Positions 51,490 through 64,000 of a stretch of 64,000 bases of DNA are shown piece by piece. This stretch comes from Octopus sinensis (taxonomy: Eukaryota). Numbering within the stretch: position 1 is the stretch's first letter; the number at the start of each line of letters is the position of its first letter. A model generated the notes under the pieces. The model had not been told where the DNA came from and searched no databases. It saw only the letters and a program-made list of their open reading frames with translations. Location of the stretch: assembly GCF_006345805.1 (NCBI RefSeq), contig NC_042999.1:37386001-37450000 (forward strand). Reading direction: 5' to 3'. Made by a program: the position numbers and the translations under genes.

Positions 51490-52200
51490 CTACGGCATGA
51501 CCCTTAGAAGGCATATAGAGGACACAATTTGGACCAAATCCCTAGAAAATTTGGAATAATTCAGCACCATCCTCAACAATCTACACCCTAGTCTCAAATT
51601 CACCAGAGAAATGAGCAATACACAATTACCATTTCTTGACATAACGGTAATTAAAAGCAACACCACAATCACAACTGATATTTATTCCAAAAGCACAGAT
51701 ACACAACAATACCTACATTTCAAGTCATGCCACCCAACACACACAAAACGCATCATCCCGTACTGTCTAGCCAAGAAAATTTGAACTATAGTAGATAATC
51801 CAAATACCCGGAACATACGACTTATAGAATTCAAAGGATTTCTGCTCAAGCAAAAATACCCTCCCCTAATTATAGAAAATAGCATACAATGAGCAAAAGA
51901 GATACCTATAGAAGAAGTTAGGGCAACACGAGAAAGACGAACTCATTAACAGAACACAATACCATTTCTAGTAACACACAATCCGCATCACCAAAATATT
52001 TTAAACATCATCAAAACAAATTTGTCAGTTATCAAAGTGAAAAATAAAAAAAAATATAATAACTAATCAGACACTTATCTTAATCAAAAGCAACCACATA
52101 ACTTAAAGAAACTTATTAAGAATGGCAAAATTCAACATGTGCAAACAGGATAAAACATTCACAGAAATCCAAGTGTAATGATAACAGATGTGGAACGTGT
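51490..52200 (+). mobile_element. Penelope-like (Neptune-type) RT/thumb fragment
   Basis: LNNLHPSLKFTREMSNTQLPFLDITV...DIYSKSTDTQQYLHFKSCHPTHTKRIIPY...KQKYP...KCNDNRCGTC; several stops. Confidence 0.8.
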
Positions 52201-52455
52201 CAATAGATGCATACTGGTAGATCCACTAGAACAAAAAATGGATAGGAGGACCCTTCCACCGAGTGAATACGAGAAAGGATGGAAGGATGTGATGAGAAAG
52301 GTGGGTGTTAGTAACCCAGCTTAATCATTGGTGAAAGGAAAAGAAAGTCGCTGGGCCTTATAGGCAGCCGGGTTCGATCTTTTTGAACTTTTATTCGTTT
52401 TCTTTCTTTGTTTTCGTTAAAAAAAACGTTCTAGTTTAAGGTAAAAATTAATCGT

Positions 52456-52862
52456 TATACTCTTTTACTTGTTTCAGTCATTTGACTGCGGCCATGCTGG
52501 AACACCGCCTTTAGTCGAGCAACTCGACCCCAGGACTTATTCTTTGTAAGCCTAGTACTTATTCCATCGGTCTCTTTTGCCGAGCCGCTAAGTTACGGGG
52601 ACGTAAACACACCAGCATCGGTTGTCAAGCAATGCTAGGGGGACAAACACAGACACACAAACATATACACACACACTTATATATATATACATATATACGA
52701 CAGGCTTCTTTCAGTTTCCGTCTACCAAATCCACTCACAAGGCATTGGTCGGCCCGAGGCTATAGTAGAAGACACTTGCCCAAGGTGCCACGCAGTGGGA
52801 CTGTACCCGGAACCATGTGGTTAGTAAGCAAGCTACTTACCACATAGCCACTCCTGCGCCTA
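52456..52862 (-). mobile_element. SINE family A, full length, near consensus
   Basis: Complete head to tail. Confidence 0.92.
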
Positions 52863-53096
52863 TATAAAATATTTTTAAGTAAATTTTTAACATGATGCTC
52901 ATTCGAACCCATTTAACATTTTTGTATTTGTTTGTCTTGTAATGTCCTTTTCTATGTACGATCAGTTTGTTCATAATAAAGGTTTTACTCAAATATCGCA
53001 AGTGAATAGTTTAGCAATATTGTGACATTTCTATCAATTTGCATTTTTGACATCATAATTGGATTAAACAGCTCTGGATAATACTTTTATTTTAAA

Positions 53097-53655
53097 CTAG
53101 CAGTATCGCCGGCGTTGCTCGGGTTTGTAAGGGAAATAACTATATAAGCATTTTTAGTGAGTTATAGCAAAAAAATGCATTAAAATGGAAAAAATGATGG
53201 TAAATTTTTTTTTAAATCGTAGACTCATCGTAGACGCTTTCTTAGCCATTTCTGTTTTGGTGTCTTCAAGCCATGAAGTCGTTGTTCTAAAAGAACGCTG
53301 GTCTCTTTGACAACGCTTTACGACGTTGATTTCCTTACACTCCCTTCCCCACAGCTTCACGAGGGAGGGAAGAAGGGGGAGAAGCAAACAGGTGCAGGTG
53401 TGACCATGGACGCCAACTCCGCCGCCATCGACACACGAAAAATTATGCATTAAAATGGAATAAAAAATGATGTTAAATTATTTTAAAAATCGTAGACTCA
53501 TCGTAGACGCGCGCTAATACCCAGACGGGCTCGATATGAATCACGACTATAAGATACCCGAATTTGGTTAAACTGCACCGCAAAATGTGGGAGTAGTTAG
53601 GAATCTAAATCGAAGGGGACAGACACTCACACAACTACAGTTTTATATATATAGA
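53097..53655 (-). mobile_element. Non-autonomous Helitron with a ~207-bp internal insert
   Basis: Same termini as the 18876 family; insert 53238-53444 lies between duplicated ~63-bp segments. Confidence 0.85.
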
Positions 53656-54071
53656 TATCCTTCTAATACCTAGTTGGCATAGGGCACGTTTAAAAACTAA
53701 AGTTATTTTAATTCGAACTCACACATAAACACGTACGTACACACACCAGAATCGCTGCCATGCTGACACACAATGCAGAGATACAACACAAATTCATTTA
53801 TACGCACACATCAACACACCAACTGGAACAGAGTTACACAAACACATAGCAAGGCTTTAATTTTAAATAAAATACAACAAGCATAGATATGTGTGCATGG
53901 AAGAGAGAGAGAGAGAGAATGGTAGACAAACAGACATAGAAAAAAAGGAAAGAAGGGAGTGAATATGAGTACGTATGTATATGTCTATGCTTGTGTGTAT
54001 GCTTAGGTACATTTGAGTGGTGTAAAGAGATTTCTGGTGATGTTCGGGTATTATACCAAGGTATAATATAT

Positions 54072-54158
<87 letters not shown>

Positions 54159-54162
<4 letters not shown>

Positions 54163-54439
54163 TGGTTGTATACTGTCAACTTAACGTGACAGTCCCGTAA
54201 GGGAATTACACCACCGCTATTTAGCCCTAGGAAGCATCGACGCTTCCTGTCGGCCTTGACACATTTCCTGTGTCCTTATATATTTATGAAGGGGAGACAA
54301 ACACCCCCAACAGCTAGGCCTGCATCTAGATACATGCATGTTTCAGGGTCTTGCCCATCATCAGTCTAGATGCTTCCTAGGGCTAAATAGCGGTGGTGTA
54401 ATTCCCTTACACGTTAAGTTGAAAGTATACAACCACTCT
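54159..54439 (-). mobile_element. Non-coding hammerhead element with ~70-bp inverted arms
   Basis: 54159-54240 is inverted at 54370-54439; follows a (TA)n(GA)n tract. Confidence 0.75.
54322..54373 (-). ncRNA. Type I hammerhead ribozyme
   Basis: gcatctaga-CTGATGA-tggg-caaga-ccct-GAAAC-atgcat-GTA-tctagatgc: 9-bp stem I, palindromic stem III, intact core. Confidence 0.9.
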
Positions 54440-54481
54440 ATCGCTTCACCACTGCACATATCTCTATGAGATATTTAGAAA

Positions 54482-54536
<55 letters not shown>

Positions 54537-54631
54537 TAATAATATTAGGGAATAATACAACAGTAGTGCCGCCTCCGTCCAAGGGGGTGTCGGAGTTGTC
54601 CCTGGCGTGGAGCAGCAGACGATATGTAAAC

Positions 54632-54695
54632 CACCTGAAGAATGACTGTAACTCGAAAATTTTAAGAATTGAACAGCCATGAAACGATCGTAGTG
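54632..54695 (+). ncRNA. Type I hammerhead ribozyme
   Basis: cac-CTGAAGA-atgactg...cagccat-GAAAC-gatc-GTA-gtg; stem II 6 of 7 paired; palindromic stem III; short stem I. Confidence 0.75.
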
Positions 54696-54820
54696 TTATA
54701 TTAATTATCGTTTTTAATAATTTTGATATATATTTAAATAATATAAATTAATTAATCTTATGTATTGGCTTAAGTTTTTCATTGTATGATTTGCCTAATA
54801 GTGGTTTTATCTCTAATTTA

Positions 54821-54872
<52 letters not shown>

Positions 54873-54880
54873 ATATATTA

Positions 54881-54920
<40 letters not shown>

Positions 54921-55218
54921 CCAAGGTATAATATATAGAGAGGAAGGGAGATTTCAAGTTGTTTCTCCGTTCTTTCTAGTTCTTTGTGCTGCCACTGTTC
55001 TTGTCTAATGAATTTTATTTACATATAATAGAAAACATACATCCATGCATTCACATATACCATCATATTTGCATACAAACATGTGCACACATACATGCAT
55101 ACATAAACATATTCATAGATAAGAAGAGATCGTATTTGCTTATCATCATCATTAATATTTTTCATTCTTCTTGTATTTCGTTTTTGGATTTGGTTTGCAA
55201 GATTCTTTATATGTGTTC

Positions 55219-55484
55219 GTGTCTGGGGAGAGTCATTTTCTTTTTGTGCCTTATAATGTAACACACTCACCGGTAAAGTTTCCACTTATTTCTTATTTTT
55301 ATTTTCCTAAAATTTTCATTGCGTCTTTTCAATAGTCTTGACTTTCAACCTTTTCAAGACTATTGAAAAGGTTGCAAGACGCAACGAAAATTTTAGGAAA
55401 ATAAAAATAAGAAATAAGTGGAAATTTTACCGGTGAGTGTGTTACATTATAAGGCACAAAAAGAAAATGACTCTCCCCAGACAC
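55219..55484. repeat. Near-perfect palindrome with a rearranged centre (PLE pseudo-LTR-like)
   Basis: gtgtctggggagagtc...gcgtctt and its reverse complement; the centre repeats ttttcaatagtcttga/tcaagactattgaaaa. Confidence 0.8.
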
Positions 55485-55927
55485 AACAGAATATTCTTCT
55501 TGTAGTTTTTCTTATTATTATTAGGTATATATCGTTGTACAATATTACTGTACTCGACCGTTATCATTTGGTGCTGTAGAGAATGGTGTTTTATTATGGT
55601 CGCAGCTCAATGTTTGTAACATGTCTAAGAAAGAAGAAAAGAAAAAGACAATAAATTTAATGGTCGTAAGAACAGTCGTTTCTTAGATTGTACCGAGGCG
55701 CGGGACCTAAGAGACACAATAAACTGGAATTTGTGATCTTCAAGCCTTTCCAAAGAGCATCTTTTTAAAAGTGTCTTCAAATGAAAACAGCCGGCTAATG
55801 AAAATCATACTCGGGTTTGCACTTTTTAATACAATTTTACTTGACTTTGCTGTAAACGACGATGGTAAGTTATATAATTAATTTGTTCTGTAATTATTGT
55901 TGACGTGATTGATAGCGCATCAAAGTA

Positions 55928-56695
55928 GCGAGCTGGCAGAAACATTAGCGCGCCGGGCGAAATGCTTTGCGGTATTTCGTCTGCCGTAACGTTCTGAGTT
56001 CAAATTCCGCCGAGGTCGACTTTGCCTTTCATCCTTTCAGGGTCGATAAATAAGTACCAGTTACGCACTGGGGTCGATATAATCGACTTAATACCTATGT
56101 CTGTCCTTGTCTGTCCTCTCTGTGTTTAGCCCCTTGTGGGTAGTAAAGAAATACGTATTTCGTCTGCCGTTACGTTGTGAGTTCAAATTCCGCCGAGGTC
56201 GACTTTGCCTTTCATCCTTTCGGGTTCGATGAAATAAGCACCAGTTACGCACTGGAGTCGATGTAATCGACTTAATCTTTTTGTCTGTCCTTTCTGTGTT
56301 TAGCCCCTTGTGGGTAATAAAGAAATAGGTATTTCGTCTGCTGCTGCGTTCTGAGTTCAAATTCCGCTGAGGTCGACTTTGCCTTTTATCCTTTCGGGGC
56401 CGATTAAATAAGTACCAGTTACGCACTGGGGTCGATCTAATAGACTTAATCCGTTTGTATGTCCTTGTTTGTCCTCTCTGTGTTTAGCCCCTTGTGGGTA
56501 GTAAAGAAATAGGTATTTCATCTCTCGTTACGTTCTGAGTTCAAATTTCGCCGAGGTCGACTTTGCCTTTCATCCTTTCGGGGTCGATTAAATAAGTACC
56601 AGTTACGCACTGGAGTCGATGTAATCGACTTAATCCCTTTGTCTGTCCTTGTTTGTCCCCTCTGTGTTTAGCCCCTTGTGGGTAATAAAGAAATA
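55928..56695 (+). mobile_element. Four-unit head-to-tail array of SINE family B
   Basis: One 5' head, then bodies starting gtatttc at 55972, 56155, 56329 and 56513. Confidence 0.9.
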
Positions 56696-56782
56696 AATAT
56701 GAGCAGCAAAACCCGCCTCGACTTAACTTAATCTAGAATGGATTGTCCACCTTGTGATAGCACACCACATGTTTAACTAATA

Positions 56783-57170
56783 TGGATGGAAGCATTCCGT
56801 CGGTTACGACGACGAGCTTTCCGGTTGATCCGAATCAACGGAACAGCCTGCTCATGAAATTAACGTGTAAGTGGCTGAGCACTCCACAGACATGTGTACC
56901 CTTAACGTAGTTCTCGGGGATATTCAGCGTGACACAGAGAGTGACAAGGCCGGCCCTTTGAAATACAAGTACAACAGAAGCAGGAAGTAAGAGTGAGAGA
57001 AAGTTGTGGTGAAAGAGTACGGCAGGGATCACCACCATCCCCTGCCGGAGCCTCGTGAAGCTTTAGGTGTTTTCGCTCAATAAACACTCACAACGCCCGG
57101 TCTGGGAATCGAAACCGCGATCCTATGACCGCGAGTCCGCTGCCCTAACCACTGGGCCATTGCGCCTCCA
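56783..57170 (-). mobile_element. SINE family C
   Basis: 12-bp TSD gtttaactaata at 56771 and 57173. Confidence 0.9.
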
Positions 57171-57460
57171 ACGTTTAACTAATAAGAATAGTAACGACAT
57201 AAAAGATTGGAAATCTTGGATGTTTAAAACAAAAATCTGAATTATGGGTAATTTGCCCTACGCCAATAAAAACGTTATAGTTGAGATATGTTTATTCGTA
57301 TATTCAGCCAAATCAAGAACTACAACTCTAATGAGAAAATTGGCAAATGTGGTCTTTAAAAAACGGAAATAAGAAAGAAGTGAATAGATTTCAAGATGGA
57401 GACAGGAAGTATTTCGTCACAGTGAATAACAGCTATCGTTCAATCACATTGAAACATTCA

Positions 57461-57975
57461 AAACAGATCAGAAAATTACATTTTTGGAAGATATATTCAA
57501 TTTAGAAATATGAGAGGGATGACCACTATGTGGACAACCCTTATGCTAGAAGTAGATCCACTATGGCCTGAAACAGATCAGAAAATTACATTTTTGGAAG
57601 ATATATTCAATTTAGAAATATGAGAGGGATGACCACTATGTGGACAACCCTTATGCTAGAAGTAGATCCACTATGGCCTTAAACAGATCAGAAAATTACA
57701 TTTTTGGAAGATATATTCAATTTAGAAATATGAGAGGGATGACCACTATGTGGACAACCCTTATACTAGAAGTAGATCCACTATGGCCTTACCACTAAGA
57801 AATGTTCTCAAGAAAAGCAATAAATTTTTATTGCTTTTCTTTTTTCTTTTGTCTTGCTCGATTACGTTTTGGTTGTTTTGCTAAATTTTTCTTGAGAACA
57901 TTTCTTAGTGGTAAGACCATAGCGGATCTACCTCTAGCATAAGGGTTGTCCGCATAGTGGTCATCCCTCTCATAT
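57461..57975. repeat. 3 x 110-bp tandem repeat followed by an inverted partial copy
   Basis: aaacagatca at 57461, 57571 and 57681; 57728-57812 is inverted at 57887-57975; local palindrome centred near 57823. Confidence 0.9.
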
Positions 57976-58080
57976 GTATATAATACAATTTTACTGAACC
58001 TTCAGATTTTTATATGCTAGACCACTGGTGTGAAATTGATGTTAATTAAATTAATATAAAATTTCTCACCCTCATATTAA

Positions 58081-58142
<62 letters not shown>

Positions 58143-58374
58143 CTGAGTTATCTATTCATACACGACAGAAGCCCAAACGCAAACCTGGAAGTACGTATAA
58201 CACTACTACTGGATAGCATAGGGTGAAATATGAAGGTAGACGAGTTTTATGCTGTAGGCTACTACATTCTTAACAGAATATACCATAGCTACACACACGG
58301 GTTTCTATATACGGACATAATTCATTCCAGAGGCTGTTCGTTAACCAAATGTTTCGTAATTGAAATATATATAA

Positions 58375-58766
58375 CTAGCAGTATCGCCCGGTGTTGCTCG
58401 GGTTTGTAAGGGAAATAACTATATAAGCATTTTTAGAGATGTAAAGTATAATAGCCATCTCAATATGGCTAACCACAAAGGGGTGGGGGTGTTACTGTAG
58501 CTTTTTACGTTCTGAGATTTAATAAATTTTTAGAGAGTTACTTCCCCTATATATGCCAAAAATGCATAAAAAATGGGAAAAATTTATGGTAATTTTTTTT
58601 TAAATCGTAGACTCATCATAGACGCGCGCTAATACCCAGAAGGGCTCGATATGAATCACGACTATAAGATACCCGGTTTTGGTTAAACTGCACCGCAAAA
58701 TGTGGGAGTAGTTAGGAATCTAAATCGTAGGAGACAGACACACAACCTCTCTTTTATATATAAAGA
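58375..58766 (-). mobile_element. Non-autonomous Helitron
   Basis: Near-identical to 20015-20407. Confidence 0.9.
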
Positions 58767-58797
58767 TTTCGAATAATCTCTCTCTCTCTCTCTCTCG

Positions 58798-58830
<33 letters not shown>

Positions 58831-59849
58831 TGAAAAATAGTGTGTGTGTATGTGTGTGCGTGTGATACCTATTCCTAATGAATTGTATCTTTTAGGAGAA
58901 AAGAAATTATGTAATTGAAAAGGTTCCTTTCAATCTTGAATGACAAGAGCAAAGCAGTACAACACTCGCCAATTTAATACATGAAAAAGATGTTAGTCCT
59001 AGATTAATTATATAGTAATAGCTGTATATGTTTTAGGGGTTAATTTCATAGTTTGAATTGAACAATACAACCACCGCTGCAGTTCAATCATTTAACATCC
59101 GTCTCTAGAATTTTGTATAAGACAACAATTGTTTGAAATTCATTTGAAATAACTATTTTTTTTCCATCCTACACACGATTGTCGAATCATTGTCTTAAAG
59201 CTATTTACATATCTAGTTTCTAGTTGTTTATACCGAAATATTTCTCTTTCTACTTGAAAAAAAATATCACATTTCCTGCAATGGTAAAATTACGCTGTTG
59301 TTGAAAGCTATGCAATTTCAAACATTTATTCAAGCATGTAAATATGGTAAAGTGCTGTAATTTGTCAATTATATCATGACAATGTGAATTCAAATGTTCA
59401 CGGAAAATTTCAATTACGTTTTAAAACCTTTTCGTCATAGCAACCACAATTCCGCGCGCGCGTGCTTGTGTGTGTATGTATGTGTGTGTGCGTGTGTGTG
59501 CTGTGTGCGTTGTGTGTATGTGTGTGTGCACGCACGTGCGTGTGCGTGGGTTTGTGTGCATCTGTGTGTTTGTGTCCTTGGATATGACTGCAAAATGCAT
59601 CCGGCAGTGGTGTCCCTGGTTCCGGTGTTCCAGGCTTTTGAGGAGTCGGAACTACCTCTTAGCCACTGCTGTTTCCAGGTCTACTCTGACCTGGAATAAT
59701 AGCACCTGTCAGGATCCCAGCTATGCGTTAATTAGAACATTGGGTCTTTGCTACCTCTGCATATTAAGACTGTATCCAGTAGGCTCTGCAGAAGAAGCTT
59801 TATGTTTAAAACGTAGGGGAAGGTGGCTGCAGGAACGAACTGAGCAGGA

Positions 59850-60640
59850 TTAGGCAAGTATGACATCTTGGTCATCTACTGTATCTGTCTCCATCCAATG
59901 TGACATAAGATTTTAATGTCACTAAAAGCACAGCATCCCCTTTACAACGAAACTCTGGCTGCCAGCGAGTTTAAGGACCGCATCACCTATATGCTGGGAT
60001 CTAACACCCACAAAAGAAAGCGCCGCCATAAAGGTCTTTTGTTTGTCCCACTCTTCTCACTTAGCGTCAAAACCTGCGTGAGAACGGTCTTCTTTAGATG
60101 AGAGATATGCATTTCACACAGTACCGTAGGTATAAGAGGATTATTCAATAGACCTAACTTAAGGGTCTCGTTCAACTCTATGCCTAGTGCAAGATATTAG
60201 TGAACGCTCCATAACCCCCGCACAGAGGCAGTATGCTCATGTAAGATTAACCGTGAGTGTCCAGTAGATGGTCGATGCAACACTGATGCCGTAGTCTACG
60301 AAGCAGAAGTGGTTTCCAGCAGTAGCAGCAACGAAAAGATACATACAGACATATGTTGGAACAACAACAGAAGACACCTTTAAGGCCTGGCTAAATAACC
60401 ACAAGTCTTCTTTTAGGATCCCAGAAAGGCACAGCGTTACAACATTATCCAGCTATATATGGAAACGTCATATAAAATTAACTGGAAACTATTGGAGGAA
60501 CCTGGGTCATATTTCAACGGAAACATATGGTGCAAAATTATGCTTTGTAGAGAGGGCAATGATCCTAAAACAAATTGTAAGATCTTGAATTCAAAAAGCA
60601 AAATTTTGTACCGAAGCTCCCATGACTGAAAATTGTTTTG
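59850..60640 (+). mobile_element. Decayed Hydra-type PLE (thumb, linker and GIY-YIG)
   Basis: YNETLAASEFKDRITY, RVSFNSMP, CSCKINRECPVDGRCNTDAVVYEAEV, TYVGTTTEDTFKAWLNNHKSSF...TTLSSYIW. Confidence 0.8.
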
Positions 60641-60784
60641 GAAACATGGTCATCCCTGTTTGCGGACGAGACAACGGAAAACATATACAGATTGACCCAT
60701 TTCAACAACATCTGGAATCGTTCAAGAGGAAATAACTCTTCTTCTCTTAGAAAGGGTTCTTTTCGTTTCACCAAGACTAGTATA

Positions 60785-61270
60785 CCGTAAGTATAATCCT
60801 CGAGTATAATCCGCATTTTCCCCCCAAAAGTTAAAGGTCAAAATACCTAGTGCGTACTATATACGAGGTTAAAAATGAAAAATACTTTCTAAGCAATGTC
60901 CGAGTCTCTATTTGCTGTCCGGCAATGTTTATTCAGACGCATTTTATGATGTCGGGTGCGAAAATACCTTTAGCTAAACCTGAAAGCAATGAAGTCATAA
61001 AATAATCATCAATAACTTGCAGTAAGCAGCATTTATTAAAATAAAAGTATTCAGAACACAGAATAACATGTAACAAAAAAAAATTTGCAAACATTTACAT
61101 TCCCATTATTGTATTACGCATGCGCGGAAGTGTTTGTTCGACTTGGTGATGCTAGCTTAATTACGCACAACTCAAGTTAGAGAAGTGGTGCATATTATGC
61201 ACAAGGTTTAGGTTTTTCAGAGGTACAGCCCCCTAAAAATCCCCTGCGTATAATACTCGAGGATTTACGG
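60785..61270. mobile_element. Tc2/pogo-type MITE
   Basis: TA TSDs; TIRs ccgtaa(gtat)aatcctcgagtata and tactcgaggatttacgg. Confidence 0.8.
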
Positions 61271-61599
61271 TATTTACCTTTATTAGTAAAAAGGCTATAT
61301 ACGTTAGTCCAGCAGTTCTGATGAGTCGCCTATATTGCCAAGTGCAATAGTAGACGTGAAATCAGTGGTGACTCTTTTACCTGGACTTATGATCGTACAT
61401 TAACATCTGCTGGGCAGCTGACTTCTTCAACAGTAGATGACTTGTTCCTTGTCCTAACGAACAATATCAGGTTTGAAATGTTTGCTCAGAATTGCTGTTT
61501 TTATTGGAATGCTCTACAAGTATTCCTTGTTTTTAAAGGTATGAACGCGTGCTGATTCTGACATGCATTTGATCTATACGTCAGGGCAATCCTTCATGG

Positions 61600-62545
61600 G
61601 GATAGCCTTGTAAGTAGATTTCGTCGCTATATCATGCCTTAGGGGTAGATAGTATCTCGTAGACATACATTTTGGGGCAGCTGATAATGATGTGGATGAT
61701 ATCTTCCACACTAGTATAACATTGGCCGACATTTTCTATCACAACATGGACGTGTGGTGGTATCTTTCTCTCTCTTGTTTATCAGGTATTTAGTAGCTAT
61801 CACAGCTCCAGGAGAGACTACTCTTCCTGTTATCCTCTAGCTTACGACATATGTACCAATGCATTGCTTTTTGCTGGTATGCATGTAAACGTACGTAATA
61901 GACATTCAAACCTGCCGAATTTACCTGTTTCTTCGTAGGTCCGTGTGGGTAGTGGTGGGGGATATCCACGAATGATGAAGTGACGAGTCATGAGTTGAGA
62001 CTGAGTTTCAAAGTCAAGGTTGTCACTGCAGAGCCTGCGCATACGGAGGAATTGGGAGTAGGGGATGGAGAGCTTGGTGTAAGTAGGGTGGGAGGCGGAG
62101 AAGTTGAGGTATGAGTGTAAGTCTGTGTGTTTGTGGTGGATGGAGATAGTGAGAGTGGAGTTGTGTATGTTGACTGAAATGTCGAGAAAGACGGAAGTGT
62201 TGGAGATGGTGCAGGAGAATTCGAGAGCAGGATGGAAAGATTGGACAAAAGAGAGGAAGGAATCTAGTTGTTTGCAGGAGAGCAGGGTCGCGGCGATATA
62301 ACGACCGTATAGTTAGGGAGTGAGACCAGTGAATCTTGAAAATATTTGGGCCTCAACGTAGCCAACGAACAGGTTCGCATAGTTGGGGCCCATTTTCGTT
62401 CCTATGGCCATTCCCGAGAAATGCTGGTAAAACTCTCCCGCGAACAAGCAGTTGAGGGAGAGAACAAGTTTGGCCAGACGAAGAAGTGTGGACGTGTTAT
62501 GTTGGGGGTCGGGTCGAAGGTCTAGGAAGTGTTTGAGGGCAAGAA
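61600..62545 (-). mobile_element. Decayed Neptune/Poseidon-type PLE (RT, thumb, trace of endonuclease)
   Basis: GMAIGTKMGPNYANLFVGYVE, FHPALEFS...VFLDISV, HPTYTKLSIPYSQFLRMRRLCSD; weak IIHIIISCPKMYV near 61700. Confidence 0.8.
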
Positions 62546-63145
62546 GTTTTCATGGTGTGGTATAACCGTATATAGACACTTGATATCTAAATGTAGAGAA
62601 ATTTAGAGGGGCATATTAAGATAACTTAGTGTTCGGGAAATCTGTTTCGATAATGTAAGTTCCAAATATGTACTGCTGTTGATATGTACGAATACGACGT
62701 TTGAAGATAGTGCTCCAGCAGAGCCGAAGCAATTATAACGCAAGACTTTTTTTCTTTAAATCATGGAAATTCACTTCAGTTGAAATTAAATCCAGTTCTT
62801 GAAAATATTTGAAACATCAAATACTGTAACTTAATTATATAAAATCCCATTTTACCTAATTATTTTTAATTAACTTCCCAATGGGACGCTACAATGCTGT
62901 ATTACTTAAAAGCAAAATATTCTTAGGCAATTTTTCAAAACTTACTTTGTGTGTTATTTTTTAGTATTGTTTCTAAAATTTTCTGTTGCTTAACCCTCAT
63001 GTTCACACTGGTCAAACAAATGTATTCCAGACATGGCCATCCCGTCTGAAACTAACTTATCTAATCCGAAATTTCAGTGTTAGGCTATCAAATAAATTCG
63101 TTGGTTTTTTTTTTCTTACCAGTTATTTTAGTCCCTTCCAATATT

Positions 63146-63537
63146 GGATGGATGGAAGCACTCCGTCGGTTACGACGATGAGGGTTCCGGTTGATGCGAA
63201 TCAACGGAACAGCCTGCTCGTGAAATTAACGTGTAAGTGGCTGAGCACTCCACAGACACATGCACCCTTAACGTAGTTCTCGGGGATATTCAGCGTGACA
63301 CAGAGAGTGACAAGGCCGGCCCCTTGAAATACAGGTACAACAGAAACAGGAAGAAAGAGTGAGAGAAAGTTGTGGTGAAAGGGTACAGCAGGGATCACCA
63401 CCATCCCCTGCCGGAGCCTCGTGGAGCTTTTAGGTGTTTTCGCTCAATAAACACTCACAACGCCCGGTCTGGGAATCGAAACTGCGATCCTATGACCGCG
63501 AGTCCGCTGCCCTAACCACTGGGCCATTGCGCCTCCA
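63146..63537 (-). mobile_element. SINE family C, full length
   Basis: 12-bp TSD ccttccaatatt at 63134 and 63538. Confidence 0.92.
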
Positions 63538-64000
63538 CCTTCCAATATTATTTGAATGAACACGAAAAATATTTCTATCGCAGTGTTTTTATGGTATTTT
63601 ACGACTCTATTCTTCGTCTACAATTTTTGTTTATCGTTTTAGAAATCTGAATAAATTTTGCCTTTTTTTTAGGCTTATGATGATCGAATGCCTAGCTAAA
63701 GATAAAAAAACCCCAACGAAATCATCCAATAAAAAGGACTTGATTTTAGAGAGATTTGATAGCTATTTCTACCCTGTCGTGCATCCAGGTCGTAGGCTCC
63801 TCTTGTTTTAAATCTGTTCTATAAATATATGGTTGTTATTGCTTTGTTGTTTAACTCCAGACCTGTCCTAATTGAGTAGTTCTATGATCGAAGGCATTTC
63901 AACCATCTTTTTACAAATATATAGGGCTATATTAGCCAATGTATCCCTTACTTTCTAAAGACAGTAGAGCGTGATTTTAGGAAAAGTTGGCTGCCATTTA

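Noticed and set aside
36004-57790. Regularly spaced repeats as a CRISPR-like array
   Set aside because: There are no unique spacers; the units are SINE bodies or full tandem repeats in eukaryotic DNA.
61310-61390. Hammerhead-like CTGATGA-gtc...gac-gt-GAAAT downstream of the 60 kb PLE
   Set aside because: The position suits a decayed 3' ribozyme, but stem III, the GUH triplet and stem I cannot be formed.
14860-63537. tRNA genes
   Set aside because: All A/B-box sequences are SINE heads without complete cloverleaves.

Overview
Repeat-dominated, AT-rich animal DNA. The SINE, Helitron and microsatellite content fits a cephalopod (Octopus-like) genome; this is an inference from recalled repeat families, not a database result. 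No long intact gene is present, and almost all listed ORFs are microsatellite or repeat artefacts. The window holds dozens of tRNA-derived SINEs (at least four families), non-autonomous and deleted Helitrons, pogo/Tc2 and hAT (Charlie-type) transposon relics, R4/Dong-like and Tx1-like LINE fragments, a U6 snRNA pseudogene fused to a SINE, and a few in-phase small candidate exons on the minus strand. The most coherent unexplained signal is a Penelope-like (PLE) and hammerhead-ribozyme system. A 3.7-kb Hydra-type PLE carries an RT, two Asn-rich linker expansions, a CxCx5C motif, a GIY-YIG endonuclease and a 3' type I hammerhead, and is flanked by an inverted copy of host DNA. Several unrelated non-coding elements also carry type I hammerheads with palindromic stem III, sit in (TA)n/(GA)n tracts, and form tandem or inverted arrays. 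One TSD-bounded element joins a tRNA/Pol III head to a hammerhead-like tail. Coordinates of decayed repeats are approximate.
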